Shown here one piece after another: positions 12,451-26,199 of a stretch of 64,000 bases of DNA. The DNA lies in assembly GCA_964016885.1 (NCBI GenBank), contig OZ024742.1, positions 162,502,001-162,566,000 of the forward strand. The letters run 5' to 3'. The stretch comes from Eledone cirrhosa. Taxonomy: Eukaryota. Each line of letters begins with the position of its first letter. Positions within the stretch are counted from its first letter, which is position 1. The translations under genes and the position numbers were made by a program. The notes under the pieces were generated by a model. It searched no databases. It had not been told where the DNA came from and worked only from the letters and a program-made list of their open reading frames with translations.

Positions 12451-15400
12451 TCCCAACACAGGTATCGGCACCCTTCAATCATAGGTAACTGTAACCTCAC
12501 AACATAGGTAACGGCACTCTCCCAACATAGGTAACAGCACCCTCCCAACATAGGTAACGACACTCTCCTAACATGGGTAACGGCACTCTCCCAACATAGG
12601 TAACGGCACATTTCGAACATAGTTGATGGCACCATCCTAACATAGGTAACGGCACCCTTTCAACATAGGTAATGGCACCCTTCCAATATAGGTAATGGCA
12701 CCCTCCTAACATAGGTAACGGCACCCTCCTAACATAGGTAATGGCACACTCCCAACATAGGTAACGGTACACTCCCAATACAGGTACCGGCACACTCCCA
12801 ACATAGGTAACGACACCTTCCTAACATAGGTAATGACACACTTCCAACATGTAAAGGCACCCTCCTAACATAGGTAACGGCACGCTCCTAATATAGATAA
12901 TGGCACCCTTCTAACATAGGTAATGGCACCCTTCCAATATAGGTAATGGCACCCTTTTAACATGGGTAATGGCACTCTCCCAACATGTAAAGGCACCCTC
13001 CTAACATAGGTAACGGCACGCTCCCAACATAGATAATGGCACCCTCCTAACATAGGTAATGGTACCCTTCCAATATACGTAATGGCACGCTTTTAACATA
13101 GGTAAAGGCACCCTCCAAATATAGGTAATGTCACCCTCCTAACATAGGTAACGGTACCCTCCTAACATAGGTAACGGCACTCTCATAACCTAGGTAATGG
13201 CTTTCTCCCAACATAGGTAACGGCACCCTTCCAACATAGGTAATGGCAAACTCCTCACATAGGTAACGGCACTCTCCCAACATAGGTAATGGCACCCTTC
13301 CAATATAGGTAACGGCACCCTCCCTACATAGATAACGGCACCCTTCCAACATAGGCAATGGCACCCTCCTAATATAGGTAACGGCACCCTCCCAACATAG
13401 GCAACGGCACTCTCCTAACATAGGTAACGGCACCCTTCCAACATAGGTAATGGCACCCTCCTCACATAGTTAACGGTACCCTTCTAAGATAGGTAACGGC
13501 ACTCTTCCAACATAGGTAATAGCTCCCTCCTAACATAGGTAACGACACCCTCCTAACATAGGTAACGGCACCCTCCTATCATAGGTAACAGCACCTTCCT
13601 AACATAGGTAACGGCACCCTCCTAACATAGGTAACGGCACCGTTCCAACATAGGTAACGGCACCGTTCCAACATAGGTAACGGCACCCTCCTAACATAGG
13701 TAAAGCACCCTCCCAACATAGGTAATGGTACTCTATCAACATAGATAACGGTACTCTCCTAACAGACAACGGCACCCTCTCTAACATAGGTAATGGCACC
13801 CTCCCAACATAGGTAACGGCACTCTCCCAACATAGGAAACGGCACCCTCCCAACATAGGTAACGGCACCCTCCTAACATAGGTAATGGCACTCTCCCAAC
13901 ATAGGTAATGGCACCCTCCTAACATAGGTAATGGCACCCTTCCAATATAGGTAACGCCACCCTCCTAACATAGGTAATGGCATCCTTCCAACATAGGTAA
14001 AGGCACCCTCCCAACATAGGTAACGACACTCTCCTAACATAGGTAATGTCACTCTCCCAACATAGGTAACGGCCCCCTCCTAAAATAGTAATGGCACTGG
14101 CCCAACATATGTAACGGCACCATCCCAATATAGGTAACGGCACCCTCCTAACATAGGTAATGGCACTCTCCCAACATAGGTAAATGCACCCTCCTAACGT
14201 AGGTAATGCCACCTTCCCAACATAGGTAACGACACTCTCCTAACATAGGTAACGGCACCCTCCTAACAGGTAACGGCACCCTTCCACCATATGTAATGGC
14301 ACCCTCCTAACATAGGTAACGGCACCCTCCCAACATAGGTAATGGTACTCTCCCAACATAGCTAACGGCACTCTCCTAACATAGGTAACGGCTCACTACC
14401 ATCATAGGTAATGGCAACCTCCCAACATAGGTAACGGCACCCTCCTAACATAGGTAACGGCACAGTTCCAACATAGTGAATGGCACTCTCCCAACATAGG
14501 TAACTGCACTCTCCCAACATAGGTAACGGCACCCTCCCAACATAGGTAACAGCATTCTACTAACATAGGTAACTGCACCCTCCTAACAGAGGTAACGGCA
14601 CCCTTCCAACATAGGTAATGGCACCCTCCTAACATAGGTAATGGCACCCTCCCAACATAGGTAACCGAACCATCAAACCGTAGGTAACGGCACTCTCCCA
14701 ACATGGTTAAAGGCACCCTCCTAACATAGGTAAAGGCACCCTTCTTATATAGGTAATGTCACGCTCCTAACATAGGTAACGGTACTCTCCCAACATAGGT
14801 AACGGCACTCTCCCAACATAGGTAATGGCACTCTCCCAACATAGGTTACGACACTCTTCCAATATAGGTAACGGCACCCTTCCGACATAGGTAATGGCAC
14901 CCTCCTTACACAGGTAATAGCACTCTCCCAACATAGGTAATGGCACCCTCCTAAAATAGGTAATGGCACCCTTCCAATATAGGTAATGGCATCCTCCTTG
15001 CGTAGGTAATGGTAATTTCCCAACATAGGTAACGGCAGTGTTCCAACATAGTTAATGGCACCCTCCTAACATAGGTAATGGCATCCTTCCAAAATAGGTA
15101 ATGGGACTCTCCCAACATAGGTAACGGCACCCTCCTAACATAGGTAATGGCACTCTCCCAACATAGGTAACGGCACCCTCCTAACGTAGGTAATGCCACC
15201 ATCCAAACATAGGTAACGACACTCTCCTAACATAGGTAACGTCACCCTCCTAACATACGTAATGGCACTCTCCCATCATAGGTAACGGCACTCTTCCAGC
15301 ATAGGTAACGGCACCCTTCCATCATAGGTAATGGCATCCTCCTAACTTAGGTAACAGCACCCTCCCAACATAGGTAACCGCACGTTCCAACATAGGTAAC

Positions 15401-18400
15401 GGCACCCTCCCAACGTAGGTAACGGAACCCTACCAACATAGGTAACGGCACCCTTCCAACATAGGTAATTGCACCGTCCTAACATAGGTAACGGCCCCCT
15501 CCTAAGATAGGTAATGGCACTCTCCCAAGATATGTAACGGCACCAGCCAAACATGGTAACGGCACCCTCCTAACATAGGTAACGGCACCCTCCTAACATA
15601 GGTAACGGAACCCTTCCAACATTAGTAATGGCACCCTCCTAACATATGTAACGGCACTCTGCCAACATAGGTAACGGCACCCTACGAACGTAGGTAATGC
15701 CACCCTTCCAACATAGGTAACGAAAGACACTCTCCTAACATAGGTAACCGCGCCCTTCCATCATAGGTAATGGCACTCTCCTAACATAGGTAACGGCACC
15801 TTCCCAACATAGGTAACGGCACGCTGCCAACACATGTAACGGCACCCTCCCAACGTAGGTAACGGCACGCTCCTAACATAGGTAATGGCATTCTCCCAAC
15901 ATAGGTAATGGCACCCTCCTAACATAGGTAAAGGCACCCTTCCAATATAGGTAATGGCAACCTCCTAAAATAGGTAACGGCACTCTCCCAACATAGGTAA
16001 TGGCACCCTCCTAACATAAGTAACGGTACCCTCCCAACATAGGTAATGGTACTCTCCCAACATAGGTAAAGGCACTCTCCTAACGTAGGAACGGCACCCT
16101 CTCTAACATAGGTAATGGGACTCTCGTAACATAGGTGACGGCACTCTTCCAACAAAGGTAACGGCACCCTTCCAACATAGGTAATGGTACTCTCCCAACA
16201 TAGGTAAAGGCACTCTCCTAACATAGGTAGCGGCACCCTCCCACCATAGGTAATGGCACTCTCCAATCATAGGTAACGGCACTCTCCCAACATAGGTAAC
16301 GGCTCCCTTCCATCATAGGTAATGGCACCCTCTCAACATAGGTGACGGCACCCTCCTAACATAGGTAACGGCACCCTCCCAACATAGTTAATGGCACTCT
16401 CCCAACATAGGTAACTGCAGTCTCCCAACATAGGTAACGGCACCCTCCCAACATAGGTAACGGCACTCTACTAACATAGGTAACTGCACCCTCCTAACTG
16501 AGGTAACGGCACCCTCCCACCATAGGTAACGGCACTCTCCCAACATGGTTAATGGCACCCTTTTTACATAGGTAACGGCACTCTTCCAATATCGGTAATG
16601 GCACCCTCCTAACCTAGGTAACGGCGCCCTCCCAACATTGGTAATGGCACTCCCCTAACATAGGTAACGGCACCCTTCCAACATATGTAATGGCACCCTC
16701 CTAACATAGGTAACGGCACCCTTCCAACATAGGTAATAGCACCCTCCTAAGATAGCTAACGGCACCCTTCCAACATAGGTAATGGCACCCTCGTAACATA
16801 GCTAACGGCACTCTCCCAACATAGGTAATGTCACTTTCCCAACATAGGTAACGGCACCCTCCCAACATAGGTAACGGCACCCTCCTAACATAGGTAACGG
16901 CACCCTCCTAACATAGGTAACGGCACCCTTCTAACATTGGTAATGGGACCCTCCTAACATATGTAACGGCACTCTGCCAACATAGGTAACGGCACCCTTC
17001 CAATATAGGTAATGGCACCCTCCTAACCTAGGTATCGGCACCCTCTCAACACAGGTAATGGCACTCTCCCAACATAGGTAACGGCACCCTCCCAACATAG
17101 GTAACGGCATTCTCCTAACATAGGTAATGGCACCCTCCTAACATAGGTAATGGCACCCTCCCAACATAGGTAACGGCACCACCCCAACATATGTAACGGC
17201 ACCCTTCCAACATACGTAATCGCACCCTCCTAGCATAGGTAACGGATACCCTCCCAACATGGTTAATGGTACTCTCGCAACATAGCTAACGGCCCTCTGC
17301 CATCATAGGTAACGGCACCCTCCTTACATAGGTAACGGCACCCTTCCAAAATAGGTAACGGCACCCTTCCAACATAGGTAATGGCACCCTCTTAACACAA
17401 GTAACGGCACGCTCCCAACATAGGTAATGGCACTCTCCCACATAGGTAACAGCACTCTCCTAACATAGGTAACAGCACCCTCCTAACATACGTAACGGCA
17501 CCCTTCCAACATAGGTAATGGCACCCTCCTAACATAGGTAAGGACACCCTCCCAACATAGGTAAAGGCACCCTTCCAATATAGGTAACGACACTCTCCTA
17601 ACATAGGTAACGGCACACTCCTAATATAGGTAACGGCACCCTTCCAACATAGGTAATAGCACCCTCCTAAGATAGGTAACGGCACCCTTCCAACATAGGT
17701 AATGGCACCCTCGTAACATAGATAACGGCACTCTCCCAACATAGGTAATGGCACTTTCCCAACATAGGTAACGGCATCCTCTCTAACATAGGTAATGGGA
17801 CTCTCCTAACATAGGTGACAGCACTCTTCCAACAAAGGTAACGGCATCCTACAACACAGGGAATGGCACTCTCCTAACATAGGTAGCGGCACCCTCCCAA
17901 CATAGGTAACGGCACCCTCCTAACATAGGTAACAACACCTGCCTAACATAGGTAACGGCACCCTCCCAACATAGGTAATGGCAATCTCCAATCATAGGTA
18001 ACGGCACTCTCCCAACATAGGTAACGGCTCCCTTCAATCATAGGTAATGGCACCCTCCCAACATAGGTAACGGCACACTCCTAACATAGGTAACGGCACC
18101 CTACCAACAAAGTTAATGGCACTTTCCCAACATAGGTTACTGCAGTCTCCCAACATAGGTAACGGCACTCTACTAACATAGGCAACTGCAGCCTCCAAAC
18201 AGAGGTAACGGCACCCTTCCAACATAGGTAATGGCACCATCCTAACTTAGGTAACGGTACCCTCCCAACATAGGTAACGGCACCCTCCCACCATAGGTAA
18301 CGGCACTCTCCCAACATGGTTAATGGCACCCTCCTTACAAAGGTAACGGCACTCTTCCAATATAGGTAATGGCACCCTCCTAACCTAGGTAACGGCACCC

Positions 18401-20859
18401 TCCCAACATAGGTAATGGCACTCTCCCAACATAGGTAACGGCATTCTCCTAACATAGGTAATGGCACCCTCCTAACATAGGTAATGGCACCCTCCCAACA
18501 TAGGTAACGGCACTCTGCCAACATAGGTAACGGCACCCTCCCAACATAGGTAACGTCACCCTCATAACATAGGTAATGGCACTCTCCCGGCATAGGTAAC
18601 GGCACCCTCCTAGCATAAGTAACGGCATCCTCCCAACATAGGTAACGGCACTCTTCCAACATAGGTAATGGCACCCTCCTAACATAAGTAACGGCACCCT
18701 CCCAACATAGGTAATGGCACTCTCCCAACTTAGGTAACGGCACTCTCCTAACATATGTAACGGCACCCTCCTAACATAGGTAACGGCACCCTTCCAACAT
18801 AGGTAATGGCACCCTCGTAACATAGCTAACGGCACTCTCCCAACATAGGTAATGGCACTCTCACAACATAGGTAACGGCACCCTCCCAACATAGGTAACG
18901 GCACCCACCCATTATAGGTAACCGCACCCTTACAACATAGGTAATGGCACCCTCCTAACATAGGTAACGGCACCCTCCCAACATAGGCAATGGCATCCTC
19001 CTAACGTAGGTAATGGACGTTTCCCAACATAGGTAACGGCACACTTCCAACATAGGTAATGGCACCCTCCTAACATAAGTAACGACACCCTCCCAACATA
19101 GGTAATGGCACTCTCCCAACATAGTCAACGGCACTCTCCTAACATAGGTAACGGCACCCTCCTAAAATAGGTAACGGCACCCTTCCAACATAGGTAATGG
19201 TACCCTCGTAAACAGCTAACGGCACTCTCGCAACTAGGTAATGGCACTCTCCCAACATAGGTAACGGCACCCTTACAACATAGGTAATGGCACCCTCCTA
19301 ACATAGGTAACGGCACCCTCCCAACATAGGTAACGGCACCCTCCTAACATAGATAACGGCAGCCTCCTAACATAGGTAACGGCACCCTCCCAACATAGGT
19401 AACGGCAGTCTCCTAACATAGGTAATGGCACCCTTCCAACATAGGTAATGGCACCCTTCTAACATAGGTAACGGCACCTTCCCAACATAGGTAACGGCAC
19501 CCTCGTAACATAGGTGATGGCATCCTTCCAACATAGGTAAAGGTACCCTCCCAACATAGGTAACGGCACTCTCCTAACATAGGTAATGGCACTCTCCCAA
19601 CATAGGTAACGGCTCCCCTCCTAACATAGGTAATGGCACTCGCCCAACATATGTAACGGCACCTTCCCAACATAGGTAACGGCACCCTCCTAACATAGGT
19701 AATGGCACTCTCCCCACATAGGTAATGGCACCCTCCCAACATAGGTAACGGCACCCACCCATCATAGGTAACGGCACCCTTACAACATAGGTAATGGCAC
19801 CCTCCTATCATAGGTAATGGCACCCTTCCAATATAGGTAATGGCAACCTCCTAACGTAGGTAATGGTACTTTCCCAACATAGGTAACGGCACCCTTCCAA
19901 CATAGGTAAAGGCACCCTCTTAACATAGGTAACGGCAGCCTCCTAACATAGGTAACGGCACCCTTCCAACATAGGTAATGGCACCCTCTTAACACAAGTA
20001 ACGGCACCCTCTCAACATAGGTAATGGCACTCTCCCAACATAGGTAACGGCACTCTCCTAACATAGGTAACGGCACCCTCCTAACATACGTAACGGCACC
20101 CTTCCAACATAGGTAATGGCACCCTCCCAACATAGGTAACGACACCCCCCAACATAGGTAACGGCACTCTCCCAACATAGGTAACGGCACCCTCCCAACA
20201 TAGGTAACGTCACCCTCCTAACATAGGTAACGGCACTCTCCCAAAATAGGTAATGGCACCCTTCCAATATATGTAATGGCATGCTCCTAACATAGGTAAT
20301 TGTACTTTCCCAACATAGGTAACGGCACCCTCATAACATAGGTAATGACACTCTCACGGCATATGTAACGGGACCCTCCTAACATAGGTAACGGCACTCT
20401 TCCAACATAGGTAACGGCACCCTTCCATCATAGGTAATGGCACCCTACTAACATAGGTGACGGCACCCACCCAACATAGGTAAAGGCACCCTTCCAACAT
20501 AGGTAATGGCACCCTCTTAACATAAGTAACGGCACCCTCCCAACATAGGTAATGGCACCCTCCTAACATAGGTAACGGCACCCTTCCATCATAGGTAATG
20601 GCACCCTCCTAACATAGGTGACGGCACCCTCCCAACATAGGTAAAGGCACCCTTCCAACATAGGTAATGGCACCCTCCTAACATAGGTGACGGCACTCTC
20701 CCAACATAGGTAACGGCACCCTTACAACATAGGTAATGGCACCCTCCTAACATAGGTAACGGCACCCTCCCAACATAGGTAACGGCACTCTCCCAACATA
20801 GGTAACGGCACCCTCCCAACATAGGTAACGGCACCCTCCCAACATAGGTAATGGCACCT

Positions 20860-23660
20860 TCCTAACATAGGTAATGGCACCCTTCCAATATAGGTAATGG
20901 CATCCTCCTAACGTAGGTATAGTACTTTCCCAACATAGGTAACTGCACCCTTCCAACATAGGTAATGGCACCCTCCCAACATAGGTAATGGCACTCTCCC
21001 AACATAGGTAACGGCACTCTCCTAACATAGGTAACGGCACCCTCCTAAAATAGGTAACGGCACCCTTCCAACATAGGTAATGGCACCCTCGTAACATAGC
21101 TAACGGCACTCTCCCAACATAGGTAATGGCACTCTCCCAACATAGGTAACGGCACCCTCCCAACATAGGTAACGGCACCCTTCTAACATAGGTAACGGCA
21201 CCCACCCAACATAGGTAACGCACCCTTACAACATAGGTAATGGCACCCTCCTAACTTAGGTAACGGCACCCTCCCAACATAGGTAACGGCACTCTCCCAA
21301 CATAGGTAACGGCACCCTCCCAACATAGGTAACGGCACCCTTCCATCATAGGTAATGGCACCCTCCCAACATAGGTAACGGCACACTCCCACCTTAGGTA
21401 ACGGCACTCTTCCAACATGGTTAATGGCACCCTCCTTACATAGGTAACGGCACCCTCCCAACGTAGGTAACGACACTCTCCCAACTTAGGTAACGGTACG
21501 CTCCCAACATAGGTAACGGCACACTCCTAACATAGGTAACGACACCCTTCCAAACATAGGTAATGGCACTCTCCCAACATAGGTAACGGCACTCTCCTAA
21601 CATAGGTAACGGCACCCTCATAACATACGTAACGGCACCCTTCCAACATAGGTAATGGCACCCTCCTAACATAGGTAACGACCCCCCCCCCCAACATAGG
21701 TAACGGCACCCTTCCAACATAGGTAACGGCACTCTTCCAACATAGGTAACGGCACCCTTCCATCATAGGTAATGGCACCCTCCTAACATAGGTAACGGCA
21801 CCCACCCAACATAGGTAACTGCACCCTTCCAACATAGGTAATGGCACCCTCCTAACATAAGTTACGCACCCTCCCAACATAGATAATGGCACTCTCCCAA
21901 CATAGGTAACGGCACTCTCCTAACATATGTAACGGCACCCTCCTAACATAGGTAATGGCACCCTTCCAACATAGGTAATGGCACCCTCGTAACATAGCTA
22001 ACGGCACTCTCCCAACATAGGCAATAGCACTCTCACAACATAGGTAACGGCACCCTCCCAACATAGGTAACGGCACCCTCCTAACATAGGTAATGGCACC
22101 CTTCCAATATAGGTAATGGCATCCTCCTAACGTAGGTATAGTACTTTCCCAACATAGGTAACTGCAACCTTCCAACATAGGTAATGGCACCCTCCTAACA
22201 TAAGTAATGGCACCCTCCCAACATAGGTAATGGCACTTTCCCAACATAGGTAACGGCACTCTCCTAACATAGGTAACGGCACCCTCCTAAAATAGGTAAC
22301 GGCACCCTTTCAACATAGGTAATGGCACCCTCGTAACATAGCTAACGGCTTTCTCCCAACATAGGTAATGGCACTCTCCCAACATAGGTAACGGCACCCT
22401 CCCAACATAGGTAACGGCACTCTAACCAACATAGGTAACTGCAGTCTCCCAACATAGGTAACGGCACCCTCCCAACATAGGTAACGGCACTCTACTAACA
22501 TAGGTAACTGCACCCTCCTAACATAGGTAACGGCACCCTCCCAACATAGGTAACGGCACCCTCCCACCATAGGTAACGGCACTCTCCCAACATGGTTAAT
22601 GACACCCTCCTTACATAGGTAACGGCACCATCCCAACACAGGTATCGGCACCCTTCCATCATAGGTAACGGCACGCTCCCAACATAGGTAACGGCACACT
22701 CCTAACATAGGTAACGACACCCTTCCAAACATAGGTAATGGCACTCTCCCAACATCGTTAATGGCACTCTCCCAACATAGGTAACGGCCCTCTGCCAACA
22801 TAGGTAACGGCACCCTCCTTGCATAGGTAACGGCACCCTTCCAACATAGGTAAAGGCACCCTCCTAACATAGGTAACGGCAGCCTCCTAACATAGGGAAC
22901 GGCACCCTTCCAACATAGGTAATGGCAACCTCTTAACACAAGTAACGGCACCCTCCCAACATAGGTAATGGCACTCTCCCAATATAGGTAACGGCACTCT
23001 CCTAACATAGGTAACGGCACCCTCATAACATACGTAACGGCACCCTTCCAACATAGGTAATGGTACTCTCCCAACATAGGTAACGGCACTGTTCCAACAT
23101 AGGTAAAGGCACCCTTCCATCATAGGTAATGGCACCCTCCTAACATAGGTAGCGGCACCCACCTAACATAGGTAATAGCATTCTCACAACATAGGTAATG
23201 GCACCCTCCTAACATAGGTAAAGACACCCTTTCAATATAGGTAATGGCACCCTCCTAACATAGGTAACGGCACTCTCCCAACCTAGGAAACGGCACCCTT
23301 CCAACATAGGTAATGGCACCCTCCTAATATATGTAACGGCACCCTCCTAACATAGGTAACGGCACCCTTCCAACATAGGTTATGGCACCCTCGTAACATA
23401 GCTAACGGCAATCTCCCAACATAGGCAATAGCAATCTCACAACATAGGTAACGGCACCCTCCCAACATAGGTGTACGGCACCCTCCTAACATAGCTCATG
23501 GCACCCTTCCAATATAGGTAATGGCATTCTCCTAACGTAGGTATAGTACTTTCCCAACATAGATAACTGCACCCTTCAAACATAGGTAATGGCACCCTCC
23601 TAACATAAGTAACGGCAGCCTCCCAACATAGGTAATGGCACTCTCCCAACATAGGTAACG
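20860..23660. repeat. Three copies of a block with a shared 1-bp-deletion monomer (ACGTAGGTATAGTACTTTCCC)
   Basis: The marker occurs at 20911, 22130 and 23535; the first offset is 1219 = 53 x 23. The ORF track shows the matching WESTIPTLG frameshift peptide three times. Confidence 0.8.
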
Positions 23661-26199
23661 GCACCCTCCCAACATAGGTAACGGCACCCTTTTAACATTG
23701 GTAACGGCACCCACCCAACATAGGTAACGGCACCCTTACAATATAGGTAATGGCACCCTTACAACATAGGTAACGGCACCCTCCCAACATAGGTAACGGC
23801 AATCTCCCAACATAGGTAACGGCACCCTCCCAACATAGGTAACGGCACTTTCCTAACATAGGTAATGGCGCTCTCCCAACATAGGTAATGGCACCCTCCT
23901 AACATAGGTAATGGCACCCTTCCAATATAGGTAATGGCTTCCTCCTAACGTAGGTGTTGGTACTTTCCCAACATAGGTAACGGCACCGTTCCAGCATAGG
24001 TAACGGCACCCTCCTAACATAGGTAATGGCATCCTTTCAACATAGGTAAAGGCACCCTCCCAACATAGGTAACGGCACTCTCCTAGCATAGGTAATGGCA
24101 CTCTCCCAACATAGGTAACGGCCTCCCTCCTAACATAGGTAATGGCACTCGCCCAACATATGTAACGACACCATCCCAACATAGGTAACGGCACCCTCCT
24201 AACATAGGTAATGGCACTCTCCCAACATAGGTAACGGCACCTTCCTAACATAGGTAACGGCACCCTCCTAAAATAGGTAACGGCACCCTTCCAACATAGG
24301 TAATGGCACCCTCGTAACATAGCTAACGGCACTCTCCCAACATAGGTAATGGCACTCTCCCAACATAGGTAATGGCTCCCTCCCAACATAGGTAACGGCA
24401 CCCTTCTAACATAGGTAACGGCACCCTTCCAACATACGTAATGGCACCCTCGTAACATAGCTAACGGCACTCTCCCAACATAGTTAATGGCACTCTCACA
24501 ACATAGGTAACGGCACCCTTCTAACATAGGTAACGGCACCCTCCCAACATAGGTAACGGCACCCATACAACATAGGTAATGGCACCCTCCTAACATAGGT
24601 AACGGAACCCTCCCAACATAGGTAACGGCACCCTCCTAACATAGGTAATGGCATTCTCCCAACATAGGTAATGGGACCCTCCTAACATAGCTAATGGGAC
24701 TCTCCTAACATAGGTGACGGCATTCTTCCAACAAAGGTAACGGCAACCTTACAACACAGGGAATGGCACTCTCCTAACATAGGTAGCGGCACCCTCCCAA
24801 CATAGGTAATGGCACTCTGCCAACATAGGTAATGGCACCTTCCTAACATAGGTAACAACACCTTCCTAACATAGGTAATGTCACTCTCCAATCATAGGTA
24901 ACGGCTCTCTCCCAACATAGGTAACGGCTCCCTTCCATCATAGGTAATGGCACCCTCCCAACATAGGTAACGGCACCCTCCTAACATAGGTAACGGCACC
25001 CTCCCAACATAGTTAATGGCACTCTAACCAACATAGGTAACTGCAGTCTCCCAACATAGGTAACGGCATCCTCCCAACATAGGTAACGGCACTCTACTAA
25101 CATAGGTAACTGCACCCTCCTAACAGAGGTAACGGCACCCTTCCAACATAGGTAATGGAACCCTCCTAACATAGGTAACGGCACCTTCCCAACATAGGTA
25201 ACGGCACCCTCCCACCATAGGTAACGGCACTCTCCCAACATGGTTAATGGCAACCTCCTTACATAGGTAATGGCACCCTCCCAACACAGGTATCGGCAGC
25301 CTTCCATCATAGGTAACGGCACTCTCCCAACTTAGGTAACGGCACGCTCCCAACATAGGTAACGGCACCCTCCTAACATAGGTAACGACACCCTTCCAAA
25401 CATAGGTAATTGCACTCTCCCAACATAGGTAATGGCACTCTCCCAACATAGGTAACCGCACCCTCCCAACATATGTAACGGCACCCTTCCAACATACGTA
25501 ATGGCACCCTCCTAGCATAGGTAACGGACACCCTCCCAACATGGTTAATGGCACTCTCCCAACATAGGTAACGGCCCTCTGCCAACATAGATAACGGCAC
25601 CCTCCTTGCATAGGTAACGGCACCCTTCCAACGTAGGTAAAGGCACCCTCCTAACACAGGTAACGGCAGCCTCCTAACATAGGTAACGGCACCCTCCAAC
25701 ATAGGTAATGGCACCATCTTAACACAAGTAACGGCACACTCCCTACATAGGTAATGGTACTCTCCCTACATAGGTAACGGCACTCTCCTAACATAGGTAA
25801 CGGCACCCTCATAACATACGTAACTGCACCCTTCCAACATAGGTAATGGCACCCTCCTAACATAGGTAACGACACCCTCCCAACATAGGTAACGGCACGC
25901 TCGCAACATAGGTAACGGCACCCTCCCAACATAGGTAACGTCACCCTCCTAACATAGGTAATGGCACTCTCCAAAATAGGTAATGGCACCCTTCCAATAT
26001 ATGTAATGGCATCCTCCTGACATAGGTAATGGTACTTTCCCAACATAGGTAACGGCACCCTCATAACATAGGTAATGGCACTGTCCCGGCATATGTAACG
26101 GCACCCTCCTAACATAGGTAACGGCACCATTCCAACATAGGTAACGGCACTCTTCCAACATAGGTAACGGCACCCTTCCATCATAGGTAATGGCACCCT

